A stretch of 64,000 nt of DNA from Myxococcales bacterium. GTDB taxonomy: Bacteria; Myxococcota_A; Polyangia; Polyangiales; DASUME01. The notes under the pieces are model-generated. The model had not been told where the DNA came from, did not search any database, and was given only the letters and a program-made list of their open reading frames with translations. The stretch covers positions 7,200,001-7,264,000 of the forward strand of contig JASGJH010000001.1 in NCBI GenBank assembly GCA_047601445.1, in the 5' to 3' direction. A program made the translations under genes and the position numbers. Below, in pieces: positions 34,501-43,723 of this stretch. Position 1 is the first letter of the stretch. Each line of letters starts with the position of its first letter.

Positions 34501-35842
34501 CCTCGCTGCGGTCGGTGCTCTGGGCGCGCACGAGCTCGGCGGCCAGCCAGCCGAAGCCGTGCTCGCGGGCGCGCTCCTCGCAGGCGGCGAGTCCCACGCC
34601 AAACCCCTTGGGCGGGGTTGCGCCGGTGGAGGTCGAGACGAAGGACCACAGCAGCACGCGCTGCCACGCGGCCTCCGACTCGCTGAACTCATCGTATGCC
34701 TCGCCGCGTGGTGGCGGCAGCGCCCCCTTCTTGAGCCACACCGAGAGCAGGCGCAGGATGGCGTAGCTCGCCGCGTGGCCGAACAACTCCGGTCGGCGCT
34801 CGGCGGCTTCGAGCTGCGCTTCGGCCTGAGCCAGGCTCTGGGTGTCGCGCGCGGTGAGCAACAACAACGCGAGCCACGGGCCTGCGTGTCCCGGAATGCC
34901 ACCCTTGCGACGGGCGTTGACGCCCCTGGAGAGCTCGAAGGCATCGCGCGCCAGGCTGCGCGCTTGCTCGCGCCCATTCGCCTGGGTCAACGCCCAGAAC
35001 GCGCGCGTGGCAAAGGTGTCGGCGTCGCCGCGCCGCACGAGCTCCTCTTGCAGGCTGGGGTTCGCGCACAGGGCGTCGTAGAAGCCGAGTGCCGAGAGCA
35101 ACGGAGAGGACAGCTCGCCTGCATGCTGACGCAGCTCCTGCGCCAGCTCCTCGCCGAGCGGCGAGAGCGTATCGAGTGCTTCCTCGATGGCGCGCAGCGC
35201 GTAGGCATCGCGCTCTTCGGGCAGCAAACCACGCACGGCCTGCACGGGCGGACTCACGCCCAGGGCATCGAACAAGAGATGGGCGGGCTCCTCGGCGCGA
35301 CTCTCGCTCGCCTGCAAGTCCCGCAACGCGGCGCGCGCTCCTTCGCCGTCTCCCACGTGGGCCGAGAGCAACACGTCTCGAACCAGACGCGAGCGATGCA
35401 GCCAGCGTGTCTCGGGGTCTACCCTGGGAGCGCGCCGCATCACCAGTGTCATGGCGGCCGAGAGCTGCTTGCTCTCCTGCAGCACGCTGAGCGCCGTATG
35501 CGCGAGCTCGCTGCTCACGGTGAACTTGGGTGCATGCAGCGAACCCAGCGCCTGGATCACGCCACGGTCGCGCAGCGCATTGAGCGTCTCCGCGAGCTCC
35601 TCTGCGTCGAGCGCGGGCGGCTTCGTGCGAGCCGCAGACGCAGGCCGCGCAGGCAATAGCTTGAGCCACTCGAGCAGCGCCTTTTCGCCCGCGGGCTCAT
35701 GCACCACGGCGAGCGCTGCTACCACGCGCTGCTCACGAACTGAGAGAGATTCGAACAAGGCCACTTCCAGGCGCGAAACCACCCGGATCCTTAGCACCCT
35801 CGTGGGACTTGGGCTCGTGAGCACGCGTCGTTCCGCCACCAA
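31547..35842 (-). CDS. SNF2-family helicase/ATPase with long N-terminal extension
   Basis: LRPYQ, LADDMGLGKT, LDEAQ, LTGTPVEN, FSQF, GLNLTAAD, DPWWNP, QASDRAHRIGQ; start uncertain. Confidence 0.92.
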   Translation of the reverse strand: MVAERRVLTSPSPTRVLRIRVVSRLEVALFESLSVREQRVVAALAVVHEPAGEKALLEWLKLLPARPASAARTKPPALDAEELAETLNALRDRGVIQALGSLHAPKFTVSSELAHTALSVLQESKQLSAAMTLVMRRAPRVDPETRWLHRSRLVRDVLLSAHVGDGEGARAALRDLQASESRAEEPAHLLFDALGVSPPVQAVRGLLPEERDAYALRAIEEALDTLSPLGEELAQELRQHAGELSSPLLSALGFYDALCANPSLQEELVRRGDADTFATRAFWALTQANGREQARSLARDAFELSRGVNARRKGGIPGHAGPWLALLLLTARDTQSLAQAEAQLEAAERRPELFGHAASYAILRLLSVWLKKGALPPPRGEAYDEFSESEAAWQRVLLWSFVSTSTGATPPKGFGVGLAACEERAREHGFGWLAAELVRAQSTDRSEGIRGLYMKQEAWEQVLSSLELAVTQSAQEPDLEKGRLRFLLEVDKRGRPTIGARIERLTPTGYSVGRAIGWKRLREIALNSDWISAEDLRVLRHVREADADAVAGGTKDFVLDDLAAAALVGHPRVFANEESTVPLEVVAATPRLDLHESLEGVRIKVQPAAAGERRVVCVSDGNRRVRVYALNDAQWALASQCGSGGLLLPLKARDRLYALSDAFARHFELEAHVKLDGPVPEVPCDPRIHVQLVRAQAGLRIRLRVAPIPGGPTWLPGEGSTEVVAICVRSTGPRAERTQRNLEQERERAFALADACPTLRAASHAAQPGATGEARVSTFDFQLAELKDCLELLGELAHLEDQIVVEWPEGQPLSVVAERDLKDLHLKLKQASYWLSAEGELQVDPSLKLSLKQLLEGITQAEGRFLALSEGRFLALTQRLKRELEDLSVLSQHKQGQLELHPLSLGVLNRWGEDGLGQVQLDPAALQSLARLREAEKLVVKTPGGLAADLRPYQLEGFTWLSRLTHIGAGACLADDMGLGKTLQALALLVAHAERGPSLVVAPTSVTANWVEETARFAPGMRVVRFAGEEREKLVRELGPQDLLVCSYGMLQQGIELLETREFSMVVLDEAQAIKNPSTQRAKTAMRLRAQMRLALTGTPVENHLGELWSIMSFLNPGLLGSSRSFEHRFARPIQRDDDSRLTDSLKRVVHPFILRRKKSDVLAELPEKTVITLRIPSSPEERALYAALREQALTRLRDPGRPGEVRLRMLAELMRMRRAACHPSLVMPEANIHGSKLEAFEELVQELREEGHRALVFSQFVDHLQIVRRRLEELSIPYQYLDGSTPPAQRAESVRAFQGGSGDIFLISLRAGGFGLNLTAADYVIHLDPWWNPAVEDQASDRAHRIGQTRPVTIYRMVMEGSIEEKILALHDEKRELADRLLEGSDAGSTLNVETLASLIREMGSPLDSARSYDGGLGSESSGSASAPTR

Positions 35843-35862
35843 AGCCGACGATCGGCGCAGTG

Positions 35863-35906
35863 GTGAGCGGAGCGAACCTCGCGGTGGGGTGGCCCCGGCG
35901 CGGCTT
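35863..35906 (-). repeat. REP-like element, partial copy of the 51.3-kb repeat
   Basis: Reverse complement aagccgcgccggggccaccccaccgcgaggttcgctccgctcac closely matches the 3' part of the 51316/51416 units. Confidence 0.85.
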
Positions 35907-35922
35907 CCTCAGTGAAAAAAGC

Positions 35923-36573
35923 TCACAGCCAGTAGGAGGCTCCCAGCATGAACAGCACCGAGAGCTGGCGAAACTTGGGGTCGTCGGGTGCATCCTCGGC
36001 GTCGTCGTCCTTGATGAACGCACCCCGGAAGAAGACGGTCGCGTCCAGGCTCGCGTGCGGTGTGATGAAGCCGTGGCCACCGATGCCGACGATGGGCCCC
36101 ACGCCGATGGCGCTGTCGGTCCAGAAGGACTGCCAGGGGCGCAGGACCGAGAACCCAGCGATCGCGTGCACCACGAAGCGCGAGTCCGCGTTGAACGGGA
36201 TCTCGAGGTAGGGCCTGACCTCCCACGCGGTGGCCGAGCCCGTGTTCTGCACGCCGTTGCCGTTGGGACCTTCGATCTCGGTCTTGGTCTTTCTGTGCTG
36301 AACCGAGAAGTAGAACCCGGGCACGATGTAGCGGTTCACTACGTAGGCGAGTCCCACTCCGCCCGAGCCGAGCAAACTCACGTTGGTGGTGTTGGCGTGC
36401 GACTTGGTGTCGGGGTCCTCGCCCTTGCGGCGATCCGAGGTGAAGGTCACGAAGCCGCTATCCAGGTACAGCCGTAGGTCGCCCGAGTGGATTTGGGCAT
36501 GGCCCGTGGAGCTCGTGGCAGCGAGCATGAGTCCGGCCAAGCACAAGAGCCAAAGCGATCGCAGCATGGTCAC
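35923..36573 (-). CDS. Outer-membrane beta-barrel protein (OmpA/OmpW-like membrane domain)
   Basis: Signal peptide, alternating amphipathic strands, C-terminal LGASYWL beta-signal. Confidence 0.8.
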   Translation of the reverse strand: MTMLRSLWLLCLAGLMLAATSSTGHAQIHSGDLRLYLDSGFVTFTSDRRKGEDPDTKSHANTTNVSLLGSGGVGLAYVVNRYIVPGFYFSVQHRKTKTEIEGPNGNGVQNTGSATAWEVRPYLEIPFNADSRFVVHAIAGFSVLRPWQSFWTDSAIGVGPIVGIGGHGFITPHASLDATVFFRGAFIKDDDAEDAPDDPKFRQLSVLFMLGASYWL

Positions 36574-36989
36574 CCCTCTCCTCTGTGATGCGGCTCCCAG
36601 ATGGGAACCTAACGGGGGGACCGTTATAGCAGCGGGTTGTGGAGTCGCGTGCTTCTCTGTGCGAACTGGGTTAGCTCGCTGCCACTCTCGACGCGGCGCG
36701 CGGGTAGAATTAAAAGCGGAAGCTCTTGGAGCCGACGCTACCCACCTCTCCCCAGGTGAGCCGCATCATGGGGCTCCGAGCTTCCGCAAAGCACTCTGAC
36801 ATTCCCTTATGCGCTGCGCCAGCCCATGCCCCTACCTTCTTTCCGCCGCACTGCTCTTCGCCACAATTGGGCCAGCGCTCGCACTGGCAGGTACCTGGAA
36901 GAGTCGGTGGTTTCGGTGGGCTGTGCGGTCGATCCCGAGTATTGATATGCGTTCAACCAGGTGACGGTACGAGATTGGCTACATTTCCA

Positions 36990-37652
36990 GTGAGTTACGA
37001 GTTCTCGCTCTCCAGTTTGGTGTTGGGCTCTCCACTGCGTCGACGAAGCCCGCCGCTATGCCCCGAGCTCGAGTTGTGGCTGCTCGGTGACGACATCGAT
37101 CTCAATGCGCGCGTGAGTGAGCTGTTCACGATCGAGCGCGCACCCTACTGGGCCTTCTGCTGGGGCAGTGGACAGGCGCTCGCGCGCTACTTACTCGATC
37201 GACCCGAGCTCGTGCGTGGTCGGGTCGTGGCTGACTTCGGGGCGGGTTCGGGTGTGGCAGCTTTGGCGGCACTGCGCGCTGGCGCCACACGTGCGGTGGC
37301 GGTGGACATCGATCCGTGTGCCCTGGCCGCGGCGCGGGCCAACGCCGAGTTGAATGGGCTCTTTCTGGAGCTGGCCGAGCAGCTGCCAGCGGAGTTCGAC
37401 GTGCTACTGGCGAGCGATGTGCTGTACGAGCTCGGAAATCGCGACTTCCTGTGCTCCGTGAGTGCGGCGGGCAAGCACGTTATCGTCAGCGATCCCTTGC
37501 GGGCGGGCAATCCGCGCCTGGCGCTGGAGCCGCGCGCGCGCTTCGACGTGTGCACCCTGCCCGACGTCGACTATCCGTGCTCGAGCTCGGTGGTCTACGA
37601 GCTCCCGCCGTATGCCTTCGGGGCCGAGGGCATCAAGCAGATCGATGGCTGA
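36990..37652 (+). CDS. Class I SAM-dependent methyltransferase (PrmA/METTL20-like)
   Basis: PYWAFCWGSGQALARY, DFGAGSG, VDID, ANAELN, ASDVLY; start uncertain. Confidence 0.85.
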   Translation: MSYEFSLSSLVLGSPLRRRSPPLCPELELWLLGDDIDLNARVSELFTIERAPYWAFCWGSGQALARYLLDRPELVRGRVVADFGAGSGVAALAALRAGATRAVAVDIDPCALAAARANAELNGLFLELAEQLPAEFDVLLASDVLYELGNRDFLCSVSAAGKHVIVSDPLRAGNPRLALEPRARFDVCTLPDVDYPCSSSVVYELPPYAFGAEGIKQIDG

Positions 37653-39201
37653 GGATCTTGGCCAGGTTCTCGGACAGCGGCCTTTCGGTGTCGACCTGGC
37701 AGTGCTCCAACCTGGATAGCTCGCTCAAGGGCTCGAAACTGGCCTCGAAGTTCGCCGCGATTTCTGCGCGGCCGTCGCTGATGCTGGGGCCTTGCTTGCG
37801 CCGCGCGAAGCGGGCCTGGGTTTCCTCGGGCGAGCAGCTGCACTCCACGAACAGCGCGGGTACTCCGTGACGCTGGGCGAGGTTCAAGGCGCGCTGGCGC
37901 AGCGCCCGTGAGCGGAAGCTGGCGTCGAGGACCACGCTACGGCCGCTCGCGAGCACGTGGTCGGCGCGCGAAAGCAGCTCGTCGTACACCCGCTCGCTGG
38001 TGCTCGCGTCGTAGGCGCCGGCGAACGGGGCCGCGTGCAGCGGCTGGGTCAGCGGCACGCCCAGGAGCTCCTTGCGTACGCGATCGGCCGTGAGCACGGG
38101 CAGCGCGCGCGCCTCGCCGAGGGCCTGCGCTAGCGTGCTCTTGCCCGAGGCCATCCCGCCGGCCATCGCAACCACGCAGGGCGCGTCGAGGGGAGCGCAA
38201 CCCGCCGAGAGCGCGAGCAGGTAATAGCGGCGTGCTTCGGAGGCGGCGCGCGTGCTGGTGGCGCTGCTCACGTAGGGATCGCTGGCCAACATGGAGGTGA
38301 CCTTGGCTCGCACCAGTGCGCGATAGCTGACGTAGAAGTCGAGCAAGCGATAGAGGGCGTAGTCACCGGACTCGAGGGCGTAGCGGAGCACTAGCCGCTC
38401 GGCGAGATCACGACGTTGATGGTAGTCGAGGTCCATGACCAGGAAAGCCAAGTCGGAGCACACGTCGGCGTAGCGAAAGCGTTCGTTGAACTCGATGCAG
38501 TCGATGGCGATGAAGGAGCCGTCCGGCTGGCGATACAGGTGCTCGAGCCGCAGGTCGCCGTGACCGTCCCGAATGCGGCCCTGGGCACAGCGCTGCTCGA
38601 GGAGCACCGTGTGTCGCGCCAAAAAACGCCGCTGGAAGCTCGACAACTGCGCGGTCTCGTCGCGGCTCAAGTAGTTGGCCACGCTGCGCTCGATCTGGTG
38701 AAAATTCTCTTCCACGTTGGTGGCGATGCTGGCCGGTCGGCCAAACTCCGTGGTGTGCGCGTCGCAGCGGGCGCCGCGGTGGAAGTTCACCAGCATGGTG
38801 GCGATACGGTCGACGTCGGCCTCGCTGAGCTCGTCGCGCAGAAGTAGGGTGTCGGCGCGGGCGCTGTCGGGGAGGCGGCGCATGTGCACCAACCACTCGT
38901 GCTCTCGATTGGGGGCACTGGACGTGATCGCGCTCAAGCGCGGCGCACCGTCTTCGCCTTCAGAGAGGCACTGCACGCCCAGGTACACGTCGGGCGCGAG
39001 CCGGCGGTTGAGCTCCACTTCGGCTTCACAAGCTCGTTTGCGGGCCTCCAAACTGGTGAAGTCGACGAACCCCAAATCGACCGGGCGCTTGAGCTTGTAC
39101 ACGTCGCGTTCGCCGAGAAACACCCGCGAAAGGTGGGTCTCGATGCACTCGAACCCGCGCTCTTGGAGGTGCTGCTCGAAGCTCGTAAGGATCGTCTCCA
39201 T
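37633..39201 (-). CDS. Bifunctional APH-like phosphotransferase / AAA_33 P-loop kinase (Rv2004c-like)
   Basis: IETHLS, YKLKRPV, E..LNRRLAP, GHGDLRLEH, DCIEFN, GGMASGKST, LDASF. Confidence 0.9.
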   Translation of the reverse strand: METILTSFEQHLQERGFECIETHLSRVFLGERDVYKLKRPVDLGFVDFTSLEARKRACEAEVELNRRLAPDVYLGVQCLSEGEDGAPRLSAITSSAPNREHEWLVHMRRLPDSARADTLLLRDELSEADVDRIATMLVNFHRGARCDAHTTEFGRPASIATNVEENFHQIERSVANYLSRDETAQLSSFQRRFLARHTVLLEQRCAQGRIRDGHGDLRLEHLYRQPDGSFIAIDCIEFNERFRYADVCSDLAFLVMDLDYHQRRDLAERLVLRYALESGDYALYRLLDFYVSYRALVRAKVTSMLASDPYVSSATSTRAASEARRYYLLALSAGCAPLDAPCVVAMAGGMASGKSTLAQALGEARALPVLTADRVRKELLGVPLTQPLHAAPFAGAYDASTSERVYDELLSRADHVLASGRSVVLDASFRSRALRQRALNLAQRHGVPALFVECSCSPEETQARFARRKQGPSISDGRAEIAANFEASFEPLSELSRLEHCQVDTERPLSENLAKILSHRSA

Positions 39202-39326
39202 CCTGGGTACGTGGGCCTCTCGCGTCGGTCAGCAAGTCTCAATTACGCAACTTCGAGCTCGATCTTCCACGAAATCGAACGCAGAGGGGCCCGCGCCCGC
39301 GCGATTTTTCCCGCTATCTTGAAGGT

Positions 39327-40769
39327 ATGGCGGAGAGCATTTCGGCGTGGTGGCCGAAAGTCGGCAGCTTGGTGAGCTTGCTGATGGCGCTCTCGGCCTC
39401 GGTGCATGTGGTACTTCATAAGCGCGACGTTCGTTCAGCCGCAGGCTGGTTCGGGCTCGTGTGGTTGGCCCCGGTGGTGGGGCCGATCCTGTACTTCCTG
39501 CTCGGCATCAATCGCGTGAGGCGACGCGCGGTGGCATTGCGACGCGGCGCCATGCGGCAGCTCGCGAGCAACCTGGCGCAGACCGCAGAGGCTCCCGCGT
39601 TACATGGGCTGGTGTCGGGACACCTGGCCGAGCTCTCGAGCGCCATCCATCGCGTCACCGAGCGCCCTCTCTATCGGGGCAACCACGTCCAGCCACTGTG
39701 GGACGGCGACAGCGCCTATCCCGCGATGTTGGCGGCCATCGACGCGGCCGAGCGCTCGGTGGCCCTGTGCACGTACATCTTCGAGGCGCACGGGATTGGG
39801 CGCACCTTCATCGATGCGCTGGCGCGGGCCCAGGCGCGCGGGGTGGAGGTGCGTGTGTTGATCGACGATGTCGGCGCCCGCTACGGCCTCCCGCGCCCCA
39901 ATCGCGCGCTGCGCAAGCTGGGCGTGCGCACGGCGTTGTTCATGCCTGCCCTGCCGGTCTGGCGCGCGGCCTACCTCAACTTGCGCAACCACCGCAAGAT
40001 CCTGGTGGTGGATGGCAAGGTCGGCTTCACGGGGGGCACCAACATCCGCGAGTGCAACATGCTCAGCCACGCTCCACGCCACCCGGCGCGCGATCTGCAT
40101 TTCCGGCTCGAGGGACCGGTGGTGGCGCAGCTGCAGGAAGTGTTCGTCGAGGACTGGGAGTACACCACGGGTGAGTCTCTCGACGGCGATGCCTGGTTTC
40201 CAGAGCTCACGCCGCGCGGGGCCGCCCTGGCACGCAGCATCGCCGATGGCCCCGACGACGACATCGACAAGTTCACCTGGACCCTGCACGCGGCCTTGGC
40301 CTGTGCCAGCAAGTCCGTGACCATCGTGACGCCCTACTTTTTGCCGGACACCGCGCTCACCACCGCGCTCAGTACGGCAGCCCTACGCGGGGTCGCGGTC
40401 AACGTCGTGTTGCCCGAGCGCAGCAACCTGACCCTGATCCAGTGGGCGATGACTCGGCAGCTGGAGGAAGTGCTGGGACACGGCGTACGGGTCTGGCTCA
40501 CGCCACCGCCCTTCGAGCACACCAAGCTGATGGTGGTCGACGAGGAGTGGGTGCTGTTCGGTTCGGCCAACTGGGACGCGCGCAGTTTGCGGCTGAACTT
40601 CGAGCTCGGCGTGGAGTGCTACGACCACGAGCTGGCGCTCTCGTTGCTCGAGGAGGTGCATCGGCGCCGCTTGCGCGCACGCGAGCTCTCGCCGGAGGAG
40701 CTGCTCTCGAGGCCCTATGGCCTGCGGATACGCGACGGCTTCGTGCGCCTGCTGATGCCTTACCTCTAA
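39327..40769 (+). CDS. cls: Cardiolipin synthase (phospholipase D family)
   Basis: Two N-terminal TMs; RNHRKILVVDG and HTKLMVVD (two HKD motifs); GSANWD.RS.LNFE. Confidence 0.92.
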   Translation: MAESISAWWPKVGSLVSLLMALSASVHVVLHKRDVRSAAGWFGLVWLAPVVGPILYFLLGINRVRRRAVALRRGAMRQLASNLAQTAEAPALHGLVSGHLAELSSAIHRVTERPLYRGNHVQPLWDGDSAYPAMLAAIDAAERSVALCTYIFEAHGIGRTFIDALARAQARGVEVRVLIDDVGARYGLPRPNRALRKLGVRTALFMPALPVWRAAYLNLRNHRKILVVDGKVGFTGGTNIRECNMLSHAPRHPARDLHFRLEGPVVAQLQEVFVEDWEYTTGESLDGDAWFPELTPRGAALARSIADGPDDDIDKFTWTLHAALACASKSVTIVTPYFLPDTALTTALSTAALRGVAVNVVLPERSNLTLIQWAMTRQLEEVLGHGVRVWLTPPPFEHTKLMVVDEEWVLFGSANWDARSLRLNFELGVECYDHELALSLLEEVHRRRLRARELSPEELLSRPYGLRIRDGFVRLLMPYL

Positions 40770-40921
40770 GCGCGAACGACGTGGCGATGTCGTTGCGCGC
40801 ACGGGCGAATCCGTGCCTCGTCGTGCGTAAGCTGTCACGTCGCGGAAAAAACCGGTCCAACTTACGACACTTTCTCGTCGGTGAACCTTGTACGGCCCGC
40901 CGCCCGGAGGAAGCTTTCAAA

Positions 40922-42208
40922 ATGGTCCAGAGTACGACTATCGACCGCTTCACGCGGCCCGCCGCTGAGCCGGCTCGTGCGTCCATCATGTTGATTGAGG
41001 ACAACACGGGCTTGCGCGATTCACTGGGCGACTTTCTCGAGGAGGGTGGTTACGAGGTCGACAAATGTGTCGATCTGCACGAGGCGCTGGTGCTGCTGGA
41101 GCTCGGCTATACACCGGACCTGATGGTGGTCGACGACGCCGGCATCGAGGGCGATGGTTGGCTCGCAAGGCTGCGCAGCGTGCGCGATGCAAGGGCTGCG
41201 CGGGTGCCACTCGTAACGCTATCCAATACGGGGCTCGCCGTGAGCGGCCGCGGCAGCGAGGTGGACGCCGCGCTACCCAAGCCGGTGCATCCGGAGCTCT
41301 TGCTTCAGACGGTGGCGCAGCTCCTGGCCGCGGCCGAAGAAGATCGGATCTCGGGACGCGCGCTCGAGCTGCAGCGTCTGACTGCCCTGGGCGGCATCTC
41401 GGCCGGACTGGCCAACGAGCTGAATAACCCTGTGTCCTTCGTGGTCGGACATCTCGAGCTCGCGCGCAAGAAGTGCCACGAGCTGGCCGGCCTTCTAGGG
41501 GAGCGGGAGCTCTCCCTTCTACACGAGGTAGAACGTTTGATTCATCACGGACTGCGCGGGGCAAGTCGCGTGGGCGACGTGGTCCAGAGCGCAGCTGGCA
41601 TACCGCGTGCCGAAACGGGTCGCGGGGGAGCCATCGACTTGGACTACGATGGCGGTCAGAATGGCGAATCGGCGGCAGGGTTCGGAGCCAGGACCTTCGG
41701 CCGAGAAGGGCGCGTGCGTTACGAGCCTGGGGAGTTGCGAGGTGCATCCGTGGCGAGCGAGCGCGATAGCCGAAGTCTTGTGAATGCATCCCAGGAGGCC
41801 CCGGCCGCTCCGCGGTCGCGCATCCTGGTGATCGACGACGAAGCCCTGATGTGCGAGCTGCTCGCGACGATGCTGTCCGAAGACTACGACGTCCAGGCTC
41901 TGGCCAACGCCCGGGAAGCGCTGAACCGGATCTCGGGTGGCGAGACCTACGACTTGATCCTGTGCGACCTGATGATGCCCGAGCTCACCGGCATGGACCT
42001 CTGGGCCGAGCTCTCGCGGAGCCGGCCGGATCAAGCTTCTCGCATGGTGTTCATGACGGGCGGAACATTCACTGATCGCGCCCAGCAGTTCTTGGCCGAG
42101 CACGGGCGCGTCCAGCTACAGAAACCTTTCCGTCACGATGAACTTTTGTCTCTCGTGCACGATCAGCTGGAGACCCACGAACGCGCGGCGAAGAGCAACC
42201 TGCACTGA
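40922..42208 (+). CDS. REC-degenerate HisKA-REC signalling protein
   Basis: N-terminal REC (LIEDN...KP); HisKA-like AGLANELNNP; no HATPase boxes; C-terminal canonical REC (VIDD, CDLMMP, KPF). Confidence 0.85.
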   Translation: MVQSTTIDRFTRPAAEPARASIMLIEDNTGLRDSLGDFLEEGGYEVDKCVDLHEALVLLELGYTPDLMVVDDAGIEGDGWLARLRSVRDARAARVPLVTLSNTGLAVSGRGSEVDAALPKPVHPELLLQTVAQLLAAAEEDRISGRALELQRLTALGGISAGLANELNNPVSFVVGHLELARKKCHELAGLLGERELSLLHEVERLIHHGLRGASRVGDVVQSAAGIPRAETGRGGAIDLDYDGGQNGESAAGFGARTFGREGRVRYEPGELRGASVASERDSRSLVNASQEAPAAPRSRILVIDDEALMCELLATMLSEDYDVQALANAREALNRISGGETYDLILCDLMMPELTGMDLWAELSRSRPDQASRMVFMTGGTFTDRAQQFLAEHGRVQLQKPFRHDELLSLVHDQLETHERAAKSNLH

Positions 42209-42374
42209 ATTCGCCCGCCATACATTTGATCTCGCAGCCGCCTGCGGATATGCCTGCTCCGCCCGTGTCAAAGCGGGCGTAATGCGCAGGTTCGCGTGGT
42301 AGTAGCGAGAGCGGTGGCAACTTGCGACCGCGAGGGCTGTCTCCCGGTGCGATCTGCGCTCGGAGAGGCTTCTC

Positions 42375-43625
42375 ATGCGCAGGTCTTACAAATTCGCCAC
42401 GCTCGTGGCGTTCGTTCTCTCGCTGGCCAACGTGGGCCAGCTCGAGGCCCAGTACTCGGGTCCGGTTGCCATCAAGCAGCACACCGAGTCCGCGGCCGCC
42501 GAGCCGCCCCCCGCCCAGAATCAAACCGTCTTCAACATCACCGGTGGCGCGGCCCTCAACACGGGCAACACGCGCGCCTATACCGTGACCCTGGGCGGGC
42601 ACCTGGGTGTGATCCAGGGCAAGAATTTGCTCTCGCTCGATGCGCTCGGCCTCATCAATGCGAGCAAGGCTGCGCTCGGCGGCGGTCAGTTTGCGGACCA
42701 TTACGTCAAGACGGCCGCCAATGTGGTCGGCCGCGCCCGCTACGATCGCTTCCTGTCGCACAACGACGCGCTCTTCCTCGCCCTCGTGCCACGTCGCGAC
42801 GTGCTCGCCGGTCTTGACCTGCGCCTGCAGATGCAGGGCGGTTATTCGCGCAACCTGTACGCACCCAGCGCGCTGCACAGGTTCTGGGCTGAAGCCGGTT
42901 ACGACCTCACCTACGACAACTTCGCCCCGATCACGACCAACAAGGAGCAGACCTTCGCGGGCCCGGGCAGCTACACCGATGCGGATGGCGTCGTGACCCA
43001 GGTGAACAAGGGCACCAGCGTCATCTTGCGCACGCCCACCACGTCGACTCCCGACTCCGAGTACGTGCATTCTGCGCGCGTATTCCTCGGCTACTCGAAC
43101 TCTCTCAACGCGATCGCGCAGATCAATCTTGGCGCGGAAACGCTGTTCGACGTGACCTATGGCAAGAACGTGCGCGTCAATACTCTGGCCGACATCACGA
43201 CCTCGGTCAGCTCGCACTTCAAGATGGGCTTCGTGTCGCGCATGTTCTTCGACAACGTGCCAGTCGACAAGACCTACAAGAAGGCCGATTTCGTCTCCAC
43301 GCTGAACGTGATCTACACCTACGACTCGCTGGCCAACGCCAAGAAGGCCGATGCCTGCGCCGCGGACATCAAGAAGGCCACCGAAGCAGCTCACTCCGAG
43401 TGCGCCACTCAGAAGGCGTTGCCCGCGGTGCCGCAGCCGCAGCCGCAACCGCAGGCTCAGCCCGAGCCCGCAGCGGGCGCCGCGACGGATGGTGCGGCAC
43501 CCGTGCAGACTCCGGTGACCACGTCCCCCGCGCCCGCTGCGCCCGCCGCACCGACCACGCCTCCCGCCGCCACCGCCCCGGTGACCCCGCCCGTGCAGGC
43601 GCCCAGCGCACCCCCGGCCCAGTGA
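42375..43625 (+). CDS. DUF481-family outer-membrane beta-barrel with Pro/Ala-rich tail
   Basis: Signal peptide; GAALNTGNT, RYDRFL, D..AGLDLR, DNVPV. Confidence 0.75.
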   Translation: MRRSYKFATLVAFVLSLANVGQLEAQYSGPVAIKQHTESAAAEPPPAQNQTVFNITGGAALNTGNTRAYTVTLGGHLGVIQGKNLLSLDALGLINASKAALGGGQFADHYVKTAANVVGRARYDRFLSHNDALFLALVPRRDVLAGLDLRLQMQGGYSRNLYAPSALHRFWAEAGYDLTYDNFAPITTNKEQTFAGPGSYTDADGVVTQVNKGTSVILRTPTTSTPDSEYVHSARVFLGYSNSLNAIAQINLGAETLFDVTYGKNVRVNTLADITTSVSSHFKMGFVSRMFFDNVPVDKTYKKADFVSTLNVIYTYDSLANAKKADACAADIKKATEAAHSECATQKALPAVPQPQPQPQAQPEPAAGAATDGAAPVQTPVTTSPAPAAPAAPTTPPAATAPVTPPVQAPSAPPAQ

Positions 43626-43723
43626 CCCCGCCCACCAGCCAGACTTGACGGGGAATCGAATCTCGGGGTGACCTCGTTGTAGGATCGCGCGGTGGCCCGC
43701 GGCGGCCCCCAACGAGGTAGGAA

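Noticed and set aside
31547..35842. SNF2 as part of an anti-phage defence system
   Set aside because: No adjacent DNA methylase, nuclease or other defence genes; neighbours are housekeeping-type.
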